Assembly: GCA_964343575.1 (NCBI GenBank)
Contig: CAYFJV010000001.1
Location: 224,705 to 288,704, forward strand
Length of the DNA stretch: 64,000 nucleotides
Origin: an uncultured Methanosarcinales archaeon
GTDB lineage: Archaea; Nanobdellota; Nanobdellia; Woesearchaeales; GW2011-AR9
Reading direction: 5' to 3'
A program made the translations under genes and the position numbers. The notes under the pieces were generated by a model. It saw nothing but the letters and a program-made list of their open reading frames with translations. It was not told where the DNA came from and did no database searches. Positions 8,982-20,223 of this stretch are shown here, piece after piece (the first letter of the stretch is position 1; every line of letters starts with the position of its first letter).

Positions 8982-10583
8982 TTAGTCTTTCATCTCATCA
9001 CGAAGCGCCATGCTTCTTTTCTTCCGGTTATAAGCAAGCACATACTTGTGCACACTATCTCTTATTTGTCTTATAAGAAGCATCATTGGACTGTTGTTGT
9101 TAAAGTTATAACTTTCTTTTTTTCCTGGCATGAAAATTTCTTCTTCTTGCTTTGCTAGACCAATGATTGGTATATTGACATTAAGCTTTTTGAGCTCTTT
9201 GTGTGCAGAACTCAGCTGGCCCTTCCCACCATCAATGATAATTAAGTCTGGTAGCATTTGCCCTCTTCTTAGAAGCCCAGCGTATCTTCTTTGCACCATC
9301 TCAGCCATTGCAGCAAAATCATCTTGCTCTTTTACAGTGTTAATTTGAAACCTTCTGTTCCCTGCAGGGTTTGCTCTCCCGCCAACCCATTGGGTCATAC
9401 CACCAACGATAAACTGGTCCCCTAAATTTGAGATATCAAAACACTCAATAATGTGCGGCATGTTTGGTAGATTAAGTTGCTTTTGTATCTCTTTGAGCAC
9501 ACCCCCTTCAAAGTTGAGTTTAGCATTCTTTTCTGCAAGTTGGAGAAGGGCTTTCTTCTCCCCTTTTTGCGGTTTGATGATCTTTACCTTTCTCTTGGAG
9601 AGTGCGCTGAGTGCTTTAGTTGTGAATTCTTTTATTTCTTCATGTTCTTTCTTGTTTTTCGCAAATTCTTGATTTACAATGATCTCATGTGGAACATACT
9701 TATCAGTGTAATAACTTGAGAGGAATTCTTCAAGCAGGTTCTCTTTGTAATCAAAGTAATAGTGTTTCTTCCCACTAATTACTCCTCGAGAGATTGAGAA
9801 AAGCTGGATGATAGCTTTATTCTTGTTATGCAAGATCGCAATAACATCTTGATCATAGTCTTTGATGGTATCTACCTTTTGCTTTTCTTCTAAATACTTA
9901 ATTGCTGCAATGTTATCTCTTGCTGCAATTGCTTGCTCATAAAGTTGTTTTTCGCTAGCGTTATTCATCTCTTTTTCCAGAAGCTTGAGTACTTCTTTGT
10001 TATCTCCTTTGAGAAACTTTGCGGCATGTTTTACTTGTTTTGCGTAGTCTTCTTTGCTTATTTTGTTGATGCAAGGAGCGCTGCAAATGCCCATATGATA
10101 TCTTAAGCAGGCTCGTTTGGGAAGGTTACGACAAGTTCTGATACCAAAGATTCTTGCGGCTAGACGGCGTACTTGAACACGTTCGAGTCCTCCGACGTAA
10201 GGGCCAAAAAGTTGCGCTCCTTTATGTTTGATTCTTGTGCTGTAAATTCTTGGAAACTGATCTGCGCTGAGTGCAATATAAGAATACGTCTTGCTATCTT
10301 TGAGCATAATGTTATACTGTGGGCTGTGTTTTTTGATGAGCTTGTTTTCTAGAAGAAGTGCTTCAAGCTCGTTATCTACAACAATATAATCAATGTCTGT
10401 GATGTTTTTTACAAGTACTTGTGTTTTTATCGATTGAGAACTTGGCTTTTTGTTGAAGTAAGAAGAAACTCTTTTTTTGAGGTTTTTTGCTTTTCCAACA
10501 TAGATGATCTTGTTCTCTTTATTCTTGAAAAGATAGACACCGGGTTCTTTTGGGATTTGTTGGAGAAGGGTTTTAATTTTCAT
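8982..10583 (-). CDS. uvrC: Excinuclease ABC subunit C
   Basis: PGVY...IYVGKAKNL (GIY-YIG), ECFDISN and PDLIIIDGGKGQL; no C-terminal HhH domain seen. Confidence 0.97.
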   Translation of the reverse strand: MKIKTLLQQIPKEPGVYLFKNKENKIIYVGKAKNLKKRVSSYFNKKPSSQSIKTQVLVKNITDIDYIVVDNELEALLLENKLIKKHSPQYNIMLKDSKTYSYIALSADQFPRIYSTRIKHKGAQLFGPYVGGLERVQVRRLAARIFGIRTCRNLPKRACLRYHMGICSAPCINKISKEDYAKQVKHAAKFLKGDNKEVLKLLEKEMNNASEKQLYEQAIAARDNIAAIKYLEEKQKVDTIKDYDQDVIAILHNKNKAIIQLFSISRGVISGKKHYYFDYKENLLEEFLSSYYTDKYVPHEIIVNQEFAKNKKEHEEIKEFTTKALSALSKRKVKIIKPQKGEKKALLQLAEKNAKLNFEGGVLKEIQKQLNLPNMPHIIECFDISNLGDQFIVGGMTQWVGGRANPAGNRRFQINTVKEQDDFAAMAEMVQRRYAGLLRRGQMLPDLIIIDGGKGQLSSAHKELKKLNVNIPIIGLAKQEEEIFMPGKKESYNFNNNSPMMLLIRQIRDSVHKYVLAYNRKKRSMALRDEMKD

Positions 10584-10689
10584 TACTCTATTCTTAGGAG
10601 ATTCTTTTATTTATTTATGTTTCCACAGCTCACTAAATATTCTATAAATCCCCTATAAATTTTAAAAAAGGGATCTCTCTTCCAGCACC

Positions 10690-11364
10690 ATGTTTCCTTA
10701 TGACTCTTCATTAGAAATTTTACCAAGTAATGTCTTAGTAGTAGACCGTCGTGAAGATTTGTTGGAGATCAGAGATGATAAATACAACGCAGTGCTTTGG
10801 AGGAGAGGACCTGACCCGCTCATAAGAGCATACGCTTTTGGTCTTCCGATTATACAGGTTTCAGAAGATTCGAGCGCTGCATTTCAGAGAGAGATGATGA
10901 GCATCAATTCTCGTTTTGGAAGATCTTTCTCTCCATGGTGGTTTGCAAAAAGGGCAAAAAGAAGATTCTACAAAGGAAGGGCGTCTTTTCTTGAAGAACA
11001 TAGAAAGCTCCATGCAATCATGGATCAATTACAAAACGGTAATCGAAGTATTCTCTCTGTTATGAATAGAGAAGTGACTGGCTTTAATTTCCACCAAGAT
11101 GAAGGCTTTACTCTTAACTGGACGCTTCTTGGGCCTCCTGCTCTCTGGCTTGAAGAAGAAGACACTGAAGCGATTGACGATAGATATTATGAAGCTCCAA
11201 CCTACGAAGAACTTGTTCGCCAGTTCCCAGACGATATTGTCGCAGTCTATGAAGGTTTAAACTCAGGTGATCTAGTACTTCCCCCAGAATTCTTCCCTTT
11301 CGTACATTCCAGACCAGATAGGGCAGAAGGTGTTAGAAGAGCTCTTCACCAAATCTATCTGTGA
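10690..11364 (+). CDS. DUF1826-like putative Fe(II)/2OG-dependent oxygenase fold protein
   Basis: NAVLWRR, FHQD...TLLGP..W and VHSRP...RR resemble DUF1826; HxD...H triad present. Confidence 0.6.
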   Translation: MFPYDSSLEILPSNVLVVDRREDLLEIRDDKYNAVLWRRGPDPLIRAYAFGLPIIQVSEDSSAAFQREMMSINSRFGRSFSPWWFAKRAKRRFYKGRASFLEEHRKLHAIMDQLQNGNRSILSVMNREVTGFNFHQDEGFTLNWTLLGPPALWLEEEDTEAIDDRYYEAPTYEELVRQFPDDIVAVYEGLNSGDLVLPPEFFPFVHSRPDRAEGVRRALHQIYL

Positions 11365-11371
11365 TAGGAGA

Positions 11372-14230
11372 TCACTTTTTCAACAACCTCTTCAAAAATT
11401 TCCCCGTATAGCTTGCTTTCACTTTAACAATATCCTCTGGCGTTCCTTCTGCAACAATCATACCGCCTCCATCGCCTCCTTCTGGACCCAAATCAATGAC
11501 CCAATCACATGCTTTCACTACGTCAAGGTTATGTTCAATCACATAGACAGAGTTTCCTTGATCAACAAGTCTGTTCAGAACGGTGAGGAGTTTTTTTACA
11601 TCATCAAAATGAAGCCCGGTGGTCGGTTCGTCAAGAAGATAGACTGTTTTTCCTCGCTTCATCTTCGCAAGTTCACGAGTGAGTTTAATACGCTGCGATT
11701 CTCCCCCACTTAAAGTTACTGCGCTTTGTCCAAGTTTTATGTAGCCCAAACCAACATCGTAAAGCATTTGCACCTTTCTTCGAATTGAGCTATGATTCTC
11801 AAAGAACTTAAGCGCATCTTCTACAGTCATATTAAGTACATCTGAGATAGAATGACCTTTATACTGGATGTCAAGCGTGTCTTTATTGTAACGCTTTCCT
11901 TTACAATCTTCACACTCGACATAGACATCGGGCAAGAAGTTCATCTCAATTTTAATCATACCATCTCCTGTGCAAGCTTCACATCTTCCTCCAGGCACGT
12001 TAAAAGAGAATCTTCCTTGCTGGTAGCCTCTTGCTTTTGCTTCCTTCGTATTGGCAAAGATCTTTCGAATGTCGTCGAAAATCTTAGTATAGGTTGCAGG
12101 GTTGGAACGTGGTGTTTTTCCGATTGGATCTTGATCAATAACTACTGTTTTTCTGATATCTTTAGGAACAGTGAGTGATTTGTGTTTTCCAATCTTACCG
12201 GTTGCAATCTTAAGTTTACGCTGGAGAGCTGGGATAAAAGTTTGATTCATTAATGTTGATTTTCCTGATCCAGAAACCCCTGTGATTGCGCACAAGATTC
12301 CGGTTGGCAGGGTTATGGTGACGTTCTTAAGATTGTTTTGGGTAGCCCCTTTGAGTACAATTGGCTCTTCAGTAATTTTTCTTCGCTCTTTTGGAAGCTC
12401 AATCTTTTTTCTTCCTGCCAAATAATCTCCAGTAAGACTCTTCTTGTTTTTCTTGATCTCTTCAAGAGTTCCTTTGGCAACGATGTGTCCACCATGCACT
12501 CCTGCACCAGGTCCAATGTCAATGATGTGATCCGATGCAAGCATGGTATCTTCATCGTGCTCAACTACCAGAAGCGTGTTTCCAAGGTCTCTGAGTTTGT
12601 GGAGAGTTTTGATGAGTTTCTCGTTGTCTCTTTGATGCAAACCAATGCTTGGCTCGTCTAAGACGTAAAGAACTCCCATGAGGTTTGCACCAATTTGTGT
12701 TGCAAGACGGATACGTTGCGCTTCTCCACCAGAGAGGGTTCGCGCACTTCGTGAAAGGTTAAGGTAGGAAAGTCCAACGTTGTTCAGGAAATGCAATCTG
12801 TCCTGGATCTCTTTGAGCACTTGTTTTGCTATGAACTTTTCCTTATCATTAAGATGTTTGGGAAGCTCATTGAAGAACGCTAGAGCTTTTTCAATGGAGA
12901 GATCAGTGATATCAATGATAGATTTTTGTCTTATTTTTACTGCCAAAATAGTATCTTTAAGTCTCTGTCCGTGGCACTTCTGACAACTTCGTGTTTCCAT
13001 TAAGGTTTCATACTTTGCTCTTCTGTGGTTAGAGTTGGTGTCACGGTGCAAACGCATGGTTTGCGGAATGACTCCTTCCCAACCATTGTTCATGTGCATA
13101 CTTGCTCCATTGCTCCATCTTCCTTTCAGTGATTCACTGGTTCCGTAAAGAAGCACTTCTAATTGCTTCTTGGTGAAGTCTTCTAGCGGTGTGAAAAGAT
13201 CAAACTTGTACTTTTTTCCTACAACAGCCATTTGCTGCGCACGCCACTTGAGATCCATCTTTCCGTAGACAACTAACCCCCCATCAACAATGGACTTGCT
13301 TGGATCAGGTATGAGAAGTTCGGGAGAGATTTCCATGTGCTCACCAAGACCTAGGCAAGTTGGACAGGCACCAAAAGGAGAATTAAAAGAAAACATTCTT
13401 GGCTCAAGTTGTTCAAAGACAATCTTTGGATGATTTGGACATGCTCCAAAAGTTGAGTAAGTAGTTTCTCCTGCGCCTCTTCCAATTTGTTTTTGATCCA
13501 CACGTTTGTCGGGATCCAGTATTACTAGAGTGCCTTTTCCTTTAGTAAGCGCTTGCTCTACTGCTTCAGAGAGTCTTAATCGGTTGTCATCATTAATGGT
13601 GATCCTATCAATGACTGCTTCAATCCAATGTTTTTCATAACGTTTGAGCTTTACTTCTTCTTTGATGTTCTCTAACCTGTAGATGGTTCCATCAACCCTT
13701 ACTCTTGTGAATCCGTCTTTTTGTAATTCTTCAAAGAGTTTTTCATAAGTTCCTTTGAGTCCTTTGATTAATGGTGCGAGGATGATGATATTCTTTCCTT
13801 CATCTGCCATAATGAGGGAAGTTATGTTCTCTGCAGATTGTGGATGCAATGCCTCATCACATTTAGGACAGTGAATGGTACCAACCCTTGCGTAGAGCAG
13901 ACGCAGGTAGTCATAGACTTCAGTTACCGTTCCTACTGTTGATCGCGGATTTTTACTGGTTGTCTTTTGCTCAATTGAGATTGCTGGAGAAAGCCCTTCA
14001 ATGGAATCAATATCAGGTTTGTTCATAATCCCTAAGAATTGTCTTGCGTAAGCTGAAAGAGATTCTACATATCTTCGCTGCCCTTCTGCGTAGATGGTAT
14101 CGAAGGCAAGAGATGATTTTCCGCTTCCTGAGAGGCCAGTAATTATAGTGAGTTTATTTCTAGGAATTTTGACAGAAATATTCTTGAGATTGTGCTCTCT
14201 AGCTCCCTTTACTTTGATATCATGCAGCAT
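11372..14230 (-). CDS. uvrA: Excinuclease ABC subunit A
   Basis: GAREHNLKN, two GSGKS Walker A motifs, LSGGE signatures, zinc fingers. Confidence 0.99.
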   Translation of the reverse strand: MLHDIKVKGAREHNLKNISVKIPRNKLTIITGLSGSGKSSLAFDTIYAEGQRRYVESLSAYARQFLGIMNKPDIDSIEGLSPAISIEQKTTSKNPRSTVGTVTEVYDYLRLLYARVGTIHCPKCDEALHPQSAENITSLIMADEGKNIIILAPLIKGLKGTYEKLFEELQKDGFTRVRVDGTIYRLENIKEEVKLKRYEKHWIEAVIDRITINDDNRLRLSEAVEQALTKGKGTLVILDPDKRVDQKQIGRGAGETTYSTFGACPNHPKIVFEQLEPRMFSFNSPFGACPTCLGLGEHMEISPELLIPDPSKSIVDGGLVVYGKMDLKWRAQQMAVVGKKYKFDLFTPLEDFTKKQLEVLLYGTSESLKGRWSNGASMHMNNGWEGVIPQTMRLHRDTNSNHRRAKYETLMETRSCQKCHGQRLKDTILAVKIRQKSIIDITDLSIEKALAFFNELPKHLNDKEKFIAKQVLKEIQDRLHFLNNVGLSYLNLSRSARTLSGGEAQRIRLATQIGANLMGVLYVLDEPSIGLHQRDNEKLIKTLHKLRDLGNTLLVVEHDEDTMLASDHIIDIGPGAGVHGGHIVAKGTLEEIKKNKKSLTGDYLAGRKKIELPKERRKITEEPIVLKGATQNNLKNVTITLPTGILCAITGVSGSGKSTLMNQTFIPALQRKLKIATGKIGKHKSLTVPKDIRKTVVIDQDPIGKTPRSNPATYTKIFDDIRKIFANTKEAKARGYQQGRFSFNVPGGRCEACTGDGMIKIEMNFLPDVYVECEDCKGKRYNKDTLDIQYKGHSISDVLNMTVEDALKFFENHSSIRRKVQMLYDVGLGYIKLGQSAVTLSGGESQRIKLTRELAKMKRGKTVYLLDEPTTGLHFDDVKKLLTVLNRLVDQGNSVYVIEHNLDVVKACDWVIDLGPEGGDGGGMIVAEGTPEDIVKVKASYTGKFLKRLLKK

Positions 14231-14357
14231 ATACTGAAAAATGCCTAGTTGCTTTAAAAAGGTTCTGCGGTGCTGTCCAGTGATTTATCCGGGTTATTAG
14301 TCACTTGTAAGTGATTAATTTAGAAATATTTATAAAGGGTAGAAGATAATCCTTTTT

Positions 14358-15185
14358 ATGATTCTTCCCCAGGTAGTTGAGAGAGAATTTGGAGATAGAG
14401 TTCTCTTTGAAGCAGGAAATTTTGGTTTTCCAGAAGGCTTTGTAGATAACCCCGTAAAGTACATGAGGAGTTTGGTTGAAGCGAGAACTGCTTCCCTTGT
14501 CCATAATAGTGATAGGTCTCTTGTATATAGAACAGAGCTTGCCTTAGGGAGAGATGGAAGTTCAGTGATTGTCAAAAGAAGTAAAGCAGGTACAAAATCA
14601 GTGGCAATGGGAAGAATGTCCTCTGAAGAGGCATCTCAGTCATTGGTAAGAAGGGTTAGAAACGAGATTTACACTCCAAGAAAAATTGCAGAGAGAGGTG
14701 TTGGAACAGGAGCGGAATTATTTAGAGGAGCAATTCTTGATGGTGAAGAAGCATGGCTAATTTATGAAAGCTTAGAAGGAAAAGGGGTTTTTCTTGATGA
14801 TTACATTGCAGCTCTTAGAGGTCTTAAAGATGAAAACATTAAAATGAGTATTCTTGGGAAGGCCTTAGCAACTTACTTCTCAAAACTTCATGGGAAGAAA
14901 AGAGAAGAAGGATGGTTGCATAGAGATGCAAACACAGGGAATGTTTTTCTTAGGAAAAGATTAGAAGGAGAAGATCCATCACCAATGATTGAAATAGAGG
15001 ATGTATTGTTCATAGATTGGGAACTATCTGATCACTCGGAGGGTCCAAGGGTTCTAGAACGTAAGGAAAGGCTGCAAGACATATACACACTTGCAGGCGA
15101 AACAAGAAATATTAATAATGCAGGGAAATTAGCGAAACCGGAATTTCTCTCTTTGCGGGACCAATATCTCTCTTTAATCGGATAG
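14358..15185 (+). CDS. Kinase of Kdo/WaaP/RIO/Bud32-like fold
   Basis: VIVK, NE, LHRDANTGNVF and FIDWE motifs. Confidence 0.7.
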   Translation: MILPQVVEREFGDRVLFEAGNFGFPEGFVDNPVKYMRSLVEARTASLVHNSDRSLVYRTELALGRDGSSVIVKRSKAGTKSVAMGRMSSEEASQSLVRRVRNEIYTPRKIAERGVGTGAELFRGAILDGEEAWLIYESLEGKGVFLDDYIAALRGLKDENIKMSILGKALATYFSKLHGKKREEGWLHRDANTGNVFLRKRLEGEDPSPMIEIEDVLFIDWELSDHSEGPRVLERKERLQDIYTLAGETRNINNAGKLAKPEFLSLRDQYLSLIG

Positions 15186-15220
15186 GTAAAATTATATAGC
15201 TTCTTTCTTTACTTAGCCCT

Positions 15221-15439
15221 ATGGCTCTCCAACACTTCCTTGATATTGATGAAGACGAGCTCGTTCATGAAGAAGAAATCATGAAGATGATCAAGAAAGC
15301 TTACATCAATGGAAAGAAAAAAATTGTACTTCCCTACAAAGACAAAGATGGAAATCCTATTGTTATTCGGATAAGGGGAGTTTCTGAAGAAGGCATCACT
15401 TGGCACCGTGATACTGAGGAAGATGAAGAAGAGAGTTAA
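15221..15439 (+). CDS. Small hypothetical protein
   Basis: 72-aa ORF with an upstream TATA (TTATATA) at leaderless distance. Confidence 0.6.
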   Translation: MALQHFLDIDEDELVHEEEIMKMIKKAYINGKKKIVLPYKDKDGNPIVIRIRGVSEEGITWHRDTEEDEEES

Positions 15440-15463
15440 GCAATTGTGATTGTTCTGGCTGAC

Positions 15464-15919
15464 TTAGAGAATCATTATGAGAGAGTAGCTTACCAAAAAG
15501 GCGATGCCAGCACCTACAAGTACTTCTAAAAAAGTATGACCAATCATTTCTGGGATTTCAGGAAGTTTGGTGTGATCCACTCTTTTCACATGTTTTGCAA
15601 GAGCTTTGAGATGTTTGTCTCGTGGTGCAAAAAACCAACGAACTCCCATGACATCAGCGATAGTAATTGCTGCCCAAAACATTGCAATGAAAAAAAGATT
15701 GCTTGCACCTTCTAAAAAGTAGATTGAGAATGTAACCGCCATAACTACAGCGGTGTGCGTGCTTGGCATTCCCCCATATTGTCTGTAAAGCACTTGGAAA
15801 GCGTAGTGTTTTCCTTGTATGAGCAGAATAAGACACTTAAGAAGTTGGGATGCTACAAAGGAGAGAAGAGTTGCTACGAGGATGGGATGCGTGAGAATAT
15901 CTAATGGAAATGATGACAT
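15464..15919 (-). CDS. Divergent PAP2 family (DUF212) membrane protein
   Basis: SQLLK, GGMPSTHT, DVMGVR and GHT..EV..G motifs. Confidence 0.9.
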   Translation of the reverse strand: MSSFPLDILTHPILVATLLSFVASQLLKCLILLIQGKHYAFQVLYRQYGGMPSTHTAVVMAVTFSIYFLEGASNLFFIAMFWAAITIADVMGVRWFFAPRDKHLKALAKHVKRVDHTKLPEIPEMIGHTFLEVLVGAGIAFLVSYSLIMIL

Positions 15920-15963
15920 GTTGGTTTAGAGGAGGGAGGTGGGTTATTTATATTCTGTGTTTT

Positions 15964-17415
15964 TTAATGATACAACCAATGCATCACTTTCTTCGCAAAG
16001 GGCGTCATTTTTCTTGCAAAAAAAGGTCTGAGCGTGTATTTGTTTACTCTTGTTGCCGTTGGGTAAGGATATACTTTGTTGAAGAAAGCTTTGATGTTAA
16101 GTCCTGCGCTGTTTGCTAGGATGAGTTCTTGAATTAGTTCTCCAGCATTCTTTGCTACCATGGAACCACCAAGGAGTTTGTTCTTGTGTTTTCCTTTCTT
16201 TCCCACAAAGAACTTTGTTTTCCCATACGTTGCATTATCTACAATAGCCCGGTCATCATGTTCAAAGTTGTGTGTGAAGGTTTCGTAGTTGATTTTCTTC
16301 TTCTGGAGAGTTTGTTCATTGAGACCAAAGGTTGCAATCTCTGGATCAGTAAAGGTCACCCAAGCGAAATTGTCGTAGTTGAGCTTCTTCTTTTTTGGTG
16401 AGAAAAAGTTGTTGAGAATGACACTAGCGTGTACTTCGGCAGCATGTGTGAATTGATAAGATCCCGCAACATCACCACAGGCGAGCACATTTTTGTTTGT
16501 GGTTCTCAGGTACTGATCAACTTTGAGTTTTCTCTTGGTTTGGTCAAGCTGGATACCTGCTTTCTTCAGGTTGAGTTTATCAATATTAAGTTCTCTTCCA
16601 ATGCTGACAAAGAGGGAATCGAAGTTAAGTGTGCCAGTTTTTGTTTTGTTCTTTATTTTGGTCTTTGTTGCTGTTGTGGTTGTGATCTTTGCTTTGTTCT
16701 TGGCGGTGAACTCTTGGACTTGCGTGTTAAACATCAATTTTACTCCTTCTTTTTCAAGCTGAGTTTTTAGCACTGCTACAATCTCTGGATCTTCTTTATT
16801 GAGAAAGTGTTCCCCACGAATAAGCACCGTCACTTCAGAACCTAGCCTTGCAAAGGCTTGTGAGATCTCCATACCTATTGGTCCTCCTCCAATGACCAGA
16901 AGTTTTTTTGGAAGTTTCTTAAGCTCAAAGATTGTGAGGTTTGTGTGATACCTGATTTTCTCTATTCCTTTAACTTTGAGCTGACGTGGTCTTGCACCTG
17001 TTGCGATTATGATCTTTTTTCCAAAGTATTCCTTATTATTTACAATAATGGAGTTTTTTGAATTAAATGTTGCAAAGCCAAGCTCTACATCAATACCTCG
17101 CTTTCTAAAGTGCGCTGCATTTTCATGCTTTCTAATGTACTCTCTTTTGCTATCCACATATTTTGCTACCTTTACAAGGTTCACGCTTCCTGAAACTTTA
17201 AGTCCAAAGTCTTTTGCTTGCTTTGCTGCATGAGCTATATGCGCTGCATGAATTAAAGCCTTGCTTGGTACACAACCAAAGTTGAGACAATCTCCCCCGA
17301 TGTCACGATCTTTTTTATCAATGAGAAGTACGGAGAATCCTGCTTTGTTCATGAAACTTGCAACATTAAGTCCACCAGAACCTGCACCAATAACAATGAT
17401 ATCATATTTTTTCAT
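15964..17415 (-). CDS. Class I pyridine nucleotide-disulfide oxidoreductase (Lpd/MerA-like family)
   Basis: GAGSGG, GGDCLNFGCVPSK, GGGPIG, FTDPE and YPYPT motifs. Confidence 0.92.
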   Translation of the reverse strand: MKKYDIIVIGAGSGGLNVASFMNKAGFSVLLIDKKDRDIGGDCLNFGCVPSKALIHAAHIAHAAKQAKDFGLKVSGSVNLVKVAKYVDSKREYIRKHENAAHFRKRGIDVELGFATFNSKNSIIVNNKEYFGKKIIIATGARPRQLKVKGIEKIRYHTNLTIFELKKLPKKLLVIGGGPIGMEISQAFARLGSEVTVLIRGEHFLNKEDPEIVAVLKTQLEKEGVKLMFNTQVQEFTAKNKAKITTTTATKTKIKNKTKTGTLNFDSLFVSIGRELNIDKLNLKKAGIQLDQTKRKLKVDQYLRTTNKNVLACGDVAGSYQFTHAAEVHASVILNNFFSPKKKKLNYDNFAWVTFTDPEIATFGLNEQTLQKKKINYETFTHNFEHDDRAIVDNATYGKTKFFVGKKGKHKNKLLGGSMVAKNAGELIQELILANSAGLNIKAFFNKVYPYPTATRVNKYTLRPFFARKMTPFAKKVMHWLYH

Positions 17416-17501
17416 TTGTCTGATTCTAGGAGAAGAAAAGAAGCTATTTAAGGTTTACTTTGAATGGAGAAAGAAAAAAAAGAAGAGAAAAGGAACAAAG
17501 G

Positions 17502-18530
17502 TTAGTTCATATGCTCTAAGGCAAAGTTTTGAATCACTTCTACCATTGCATCACTATGGTGTCCTTCTGGACCATGCTCTGCTCCAGGTTCAACATACCA
17601 CTCGCTCTGGATTCCTGCTGCTGTGAGCAAATCTTGCATTTCTTGAACTTCTTCTGGACGATATCTTGGATCAAGTTCTCCGTAGACAAAAAGTACTGGC
17701 CCTGGGTCACTTGCATCAACATAATTAACTGCACCGTCACGGACGGAGTTTTCATCAACGTACTTTTCATTTGCTTCTTGAATGAAACTTCTTGGACTTG
17801 TGATTGTTACGCCATCCTCGGCGAGAGTTACTTCTGTTTCCTCTGGAATTAAGGTTCCAAAGTTGTTTGCACTGTGAGCAACATAGTATTGAAAATTTCT
17901 AACATTACTATCTTTAACTGGACAATGCTCTAACCAGTCTATTTCTCCGTTAAAGTTGATGAAAGAAGTATCATAACCCCCTCTTGAGAATCCATGAAAA
18001 ACTACTTTATTAGGATCTGCACCAAAGTGTGGAGCAAGTGCTTTCATGGTAGCAGTCGCACAGGTGACATCATGGCTTGCAGAAAAGCCAAAAGGGAACT
18101 CAATTGGGCTTGATCTAAAGTTAGGAGTCACTACAACATAACCAAGGTCTGTGTAGATGTCGCGCATGATGTGCACTTTTTCTTTAGCAAAAAGATGTTC
18201 TCCACTCCCCCCATGAATAAGCATAACAATTGGAGCATTGGTGGAGTCTTCACTGTAGAAGACGTCCATGGTTGTCTTCTCATCATCAAGGTAAGGAATA
18301 TCCCAAGTAAGAAGCACCCCGTCATCTTGAACTTCTGTTTCATAATCTCCTAAGGAAAAAGTGGAGACCAAGTCATAGTTTGGATCAACATAATCTGTCG
18401 CAGAAAGACCTAATTGACTCCCACTAAGCCCTCCTAGCTCCTCTTGATTCGGGGTTTGTGAGCAAGAGCTCAGCAGCAAAGCTATAAAGAGAGAAAAAAG
18501 AAGGAAGAGAAGAGATTTGCCAAGTTTCAC
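17502..18530 (-). CDS. Lipoprotein alpha/beta hydrolase (esterase-like), paralog 1
   Basis: Lipobox LLSSC, HGG, GFSRG nucleophile elbow, G.LDP and AEHGP. Confidence 0.8.
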   Translation of the reverse strand: MKLGKSLLFLLFSLFIALLLSSCSQTPNQEELGGLSGSQLGLSATDYVDPNYDLVSTFSLGDYETEVQDDGVLLTWDIPYLDDEKTTMDVFYSEDSTNAPIVMLIHGGSGEHLFAKEKVHIMRDIYTDLGYVVVTPNFRSSPIEFPFGFSASHDVTCATATMKALAPHFGADPNKVVFHGFSRGGYDTSFINFNGEIDWLEHCPVKDSNVRNFQYYVAHSANNFGTLIPEETEVTLAEDGVTITSPRSFIQEANEKYVDENSVRDGAVNYVDASDPGPVLFVYGELDPRYRPEEVQEMQDLLTAAGIQSEWYVEPGAEHGPEGHHSDAMVEVIQNFALEHMN

Positions 18531-18531
18531 T

Positions 18532-19602
18532 TTAACCAGTTACCTCTTCTTTAAAGTCCCAAATGACTTCTTTAATCCCAATGGTTTCATGTCCTTGCGG
18601 ACCATGCTGCGCTAAAGGTTCAATGTAGAGTTGAGTTGGAATGCCCGCATCTTCTACAAATCCTCTAAATTCTTCCATCTCTTCCATTCTAAACTTTGGA
18701 TCTGCACCACCATAGATGAACTGAACCTGTGGAATATTTGCTGCGTCTTCTGCACCAATATAGTTGATAGCACCGTCTCGTGGAGCAGGATCTTCATATT
18801 TTGTTTTGAGCTCATTGAGTAGGGTGTTTGGACCAGTGATTCTTACTTCATCTTCAGCAAACTCTACTTCTTGCCCCGGTTCAAGTAAAACCCCGAGGCC
18901 ATTCCCACTATGAATGATGAAGCCTTCCACTTCACGAAAGTTGGGGTCTTGCTCTGGACAATGTTCCAACCAGTTTGTTTTATCATCAAAAAGCATACGC
19001 GAACTCACATGTGATCCAAAAGAAAAACCGTGCATAACCACTGTGTTTGGATCTGCATTGAAGTGGTGAGCAATCCCTTTTGTTGTTGCCATACTACAAG
19101 CAAGATCATGATAAGGAGAAAAACCGGTAGAAATTTTTGCTGGGTCGTAACGATAATTCATAGCAACTGCCACCACATCTGTTTGTTCTGCATAGATCTG
19201 AGCCATTACTTCAAGGTTCTTTTTCCCAGGCCCATTCTCATTCCCACCGTGTACTAAAAAAACAAGAGGAAGGGTTTGGCTGCTTTCTAAAAGCTCTTCT
19301 TTGTAGTAGACATCAAAAGTTGTAAATGAACTGTCCTTGTCACTAAAAGGAATATCTCGAAGTGCAGTAAGCCCATAAGCTAAAGACTCTTGCTCATAAT
19401 CAGTCATTGAGAAGCTGCTCACTAGATCAAAGTCAGCGCTAACATAGTTCTCAACTGCATAAATTCCTGTGTTTGGGTTCTCAGGTATGTTACTCGTATC
19501 TATTCCCTTTAGAAACTCGCTCTCAGGAGTTCTAGCGCAAGCACTTAGAAGAAGAGCAGTGAAAATAAGGAGTACAAAAGAGAGGAGTAAAATTCTTTTC
19601 AT
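18532..19602 (-). CDS. Lipoprotein alpha/beta hydrolase (esterase-like), paralog 2
   Basis: Start moved to ATG 19602 (AGGTGA SD upstream); lipobox LLSAC, HGG, GFSFG, GADP and AQHGP. Confidence 0.8.
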   Translation of the reverse strand: MKRILLLSFVLLIFTALLLSACARTPESEFLKGIDTSNIPENPNTGIYAVENYVSADFDLVSSFSMTDYEQESLAYGLTALRDIPFSDKDSSFTTFDVYYKEELLESSQTLPLVFLVHGGNENGPGKKNLEVMAQIYAEQTDVVAVAMNYRYDPAKISTGFSPYHDLACSMATTKGIAHHFNADPNTVVMHGFSFGSHVSSRMLFDDKTNWLEHCPEQDPNFREVEGFIIHSGNGLGVLLEPGQEVEFAEDEVRITGPNTLLNELKTKYEDPAPRDGAINYIGAEDAANIPQVQFIYGGADPKFRMEEMEEFRGFVEDAGIPTQLYIEPLAQHGPQGHETIGIKEVIWDFKEEVTG

Positions 19603-19705
19603 AATATCACCTTGGGCTAACATTACAAACCATTTTGCCAAAAAAGGGGCAGAGTTTATAAATTTTTCAAGTTTTTCTCTTTTTTTACTGAAATTTGTTC
19701 TTTTC

Positions 19706-20089
19706 TTAAGAGAATACTGCATAAAAAGTCAAGAGTGCAAAGGCAAACCAAATGATATAGTTTAGTGCAAGTGCTGGTTTGTCGCTGAGAAACTCTTTGC
19801 CACAGACCCTCAACAGCTTTGGAAATGAGAAGAAAGTAATTCCCATGATAAGTACCGTAAGAAAAACTACCGAAGCAATATGAGTTACAGGCACAAGTGC
19901 GAAGACGTAGTAAGCTACAACACCAGTAAACACAAGGTTTATCGCTAAAAAGAACCAATGATGTTTCACAAAAATCCAATCAGCTGCGGGCAAAAGATCT
20001 TTCTCATCTGTAGAGAAAAAAACAATTGCTTGGATAATAATAACTGTCGCAATAATAAGAGCTAAAATAGATAAGGGATCCATAAACAC
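19706..20089 (-). CDS. Small multi-pass membrane protein
   Basis: Four hydrophobic segments; GGAGGTG SD. Confidence 0.75.
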   Translation of the reverse strand: MFMDPLSILALIIATVIIIQAIVFFSTDEKDLLPAADWIFVKHHWFFLAINLVFTGVVAYYVFALVPVTHIASVVFLTVLIMGITFFSFPKLLRVCGKEFLSDKPALALNYIIWFAFALLTFYAVFS

Positions 20090-20223
20090 ACCTCCTTGAC
20101 CTGTGAAACACAGGATGCAGAGGATAGAAGGAGGATCTTTTGTTATTTAAAAGTTAGCTTTGATTAATGTTCCATTACTAGTAAATTCTGACTTCTGGCT
20201 GATTATCTTTGCTTAAATTTAGA

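Noticed and set aside
15964..17415. Call as mercuric reductase merA or as lpdA
   Set aside because: No C-terminal Cys-Cys pair or mer genes; YPYPT replaces the Lpd HPT motif and no dehydrogenase complex genes are adjacent.
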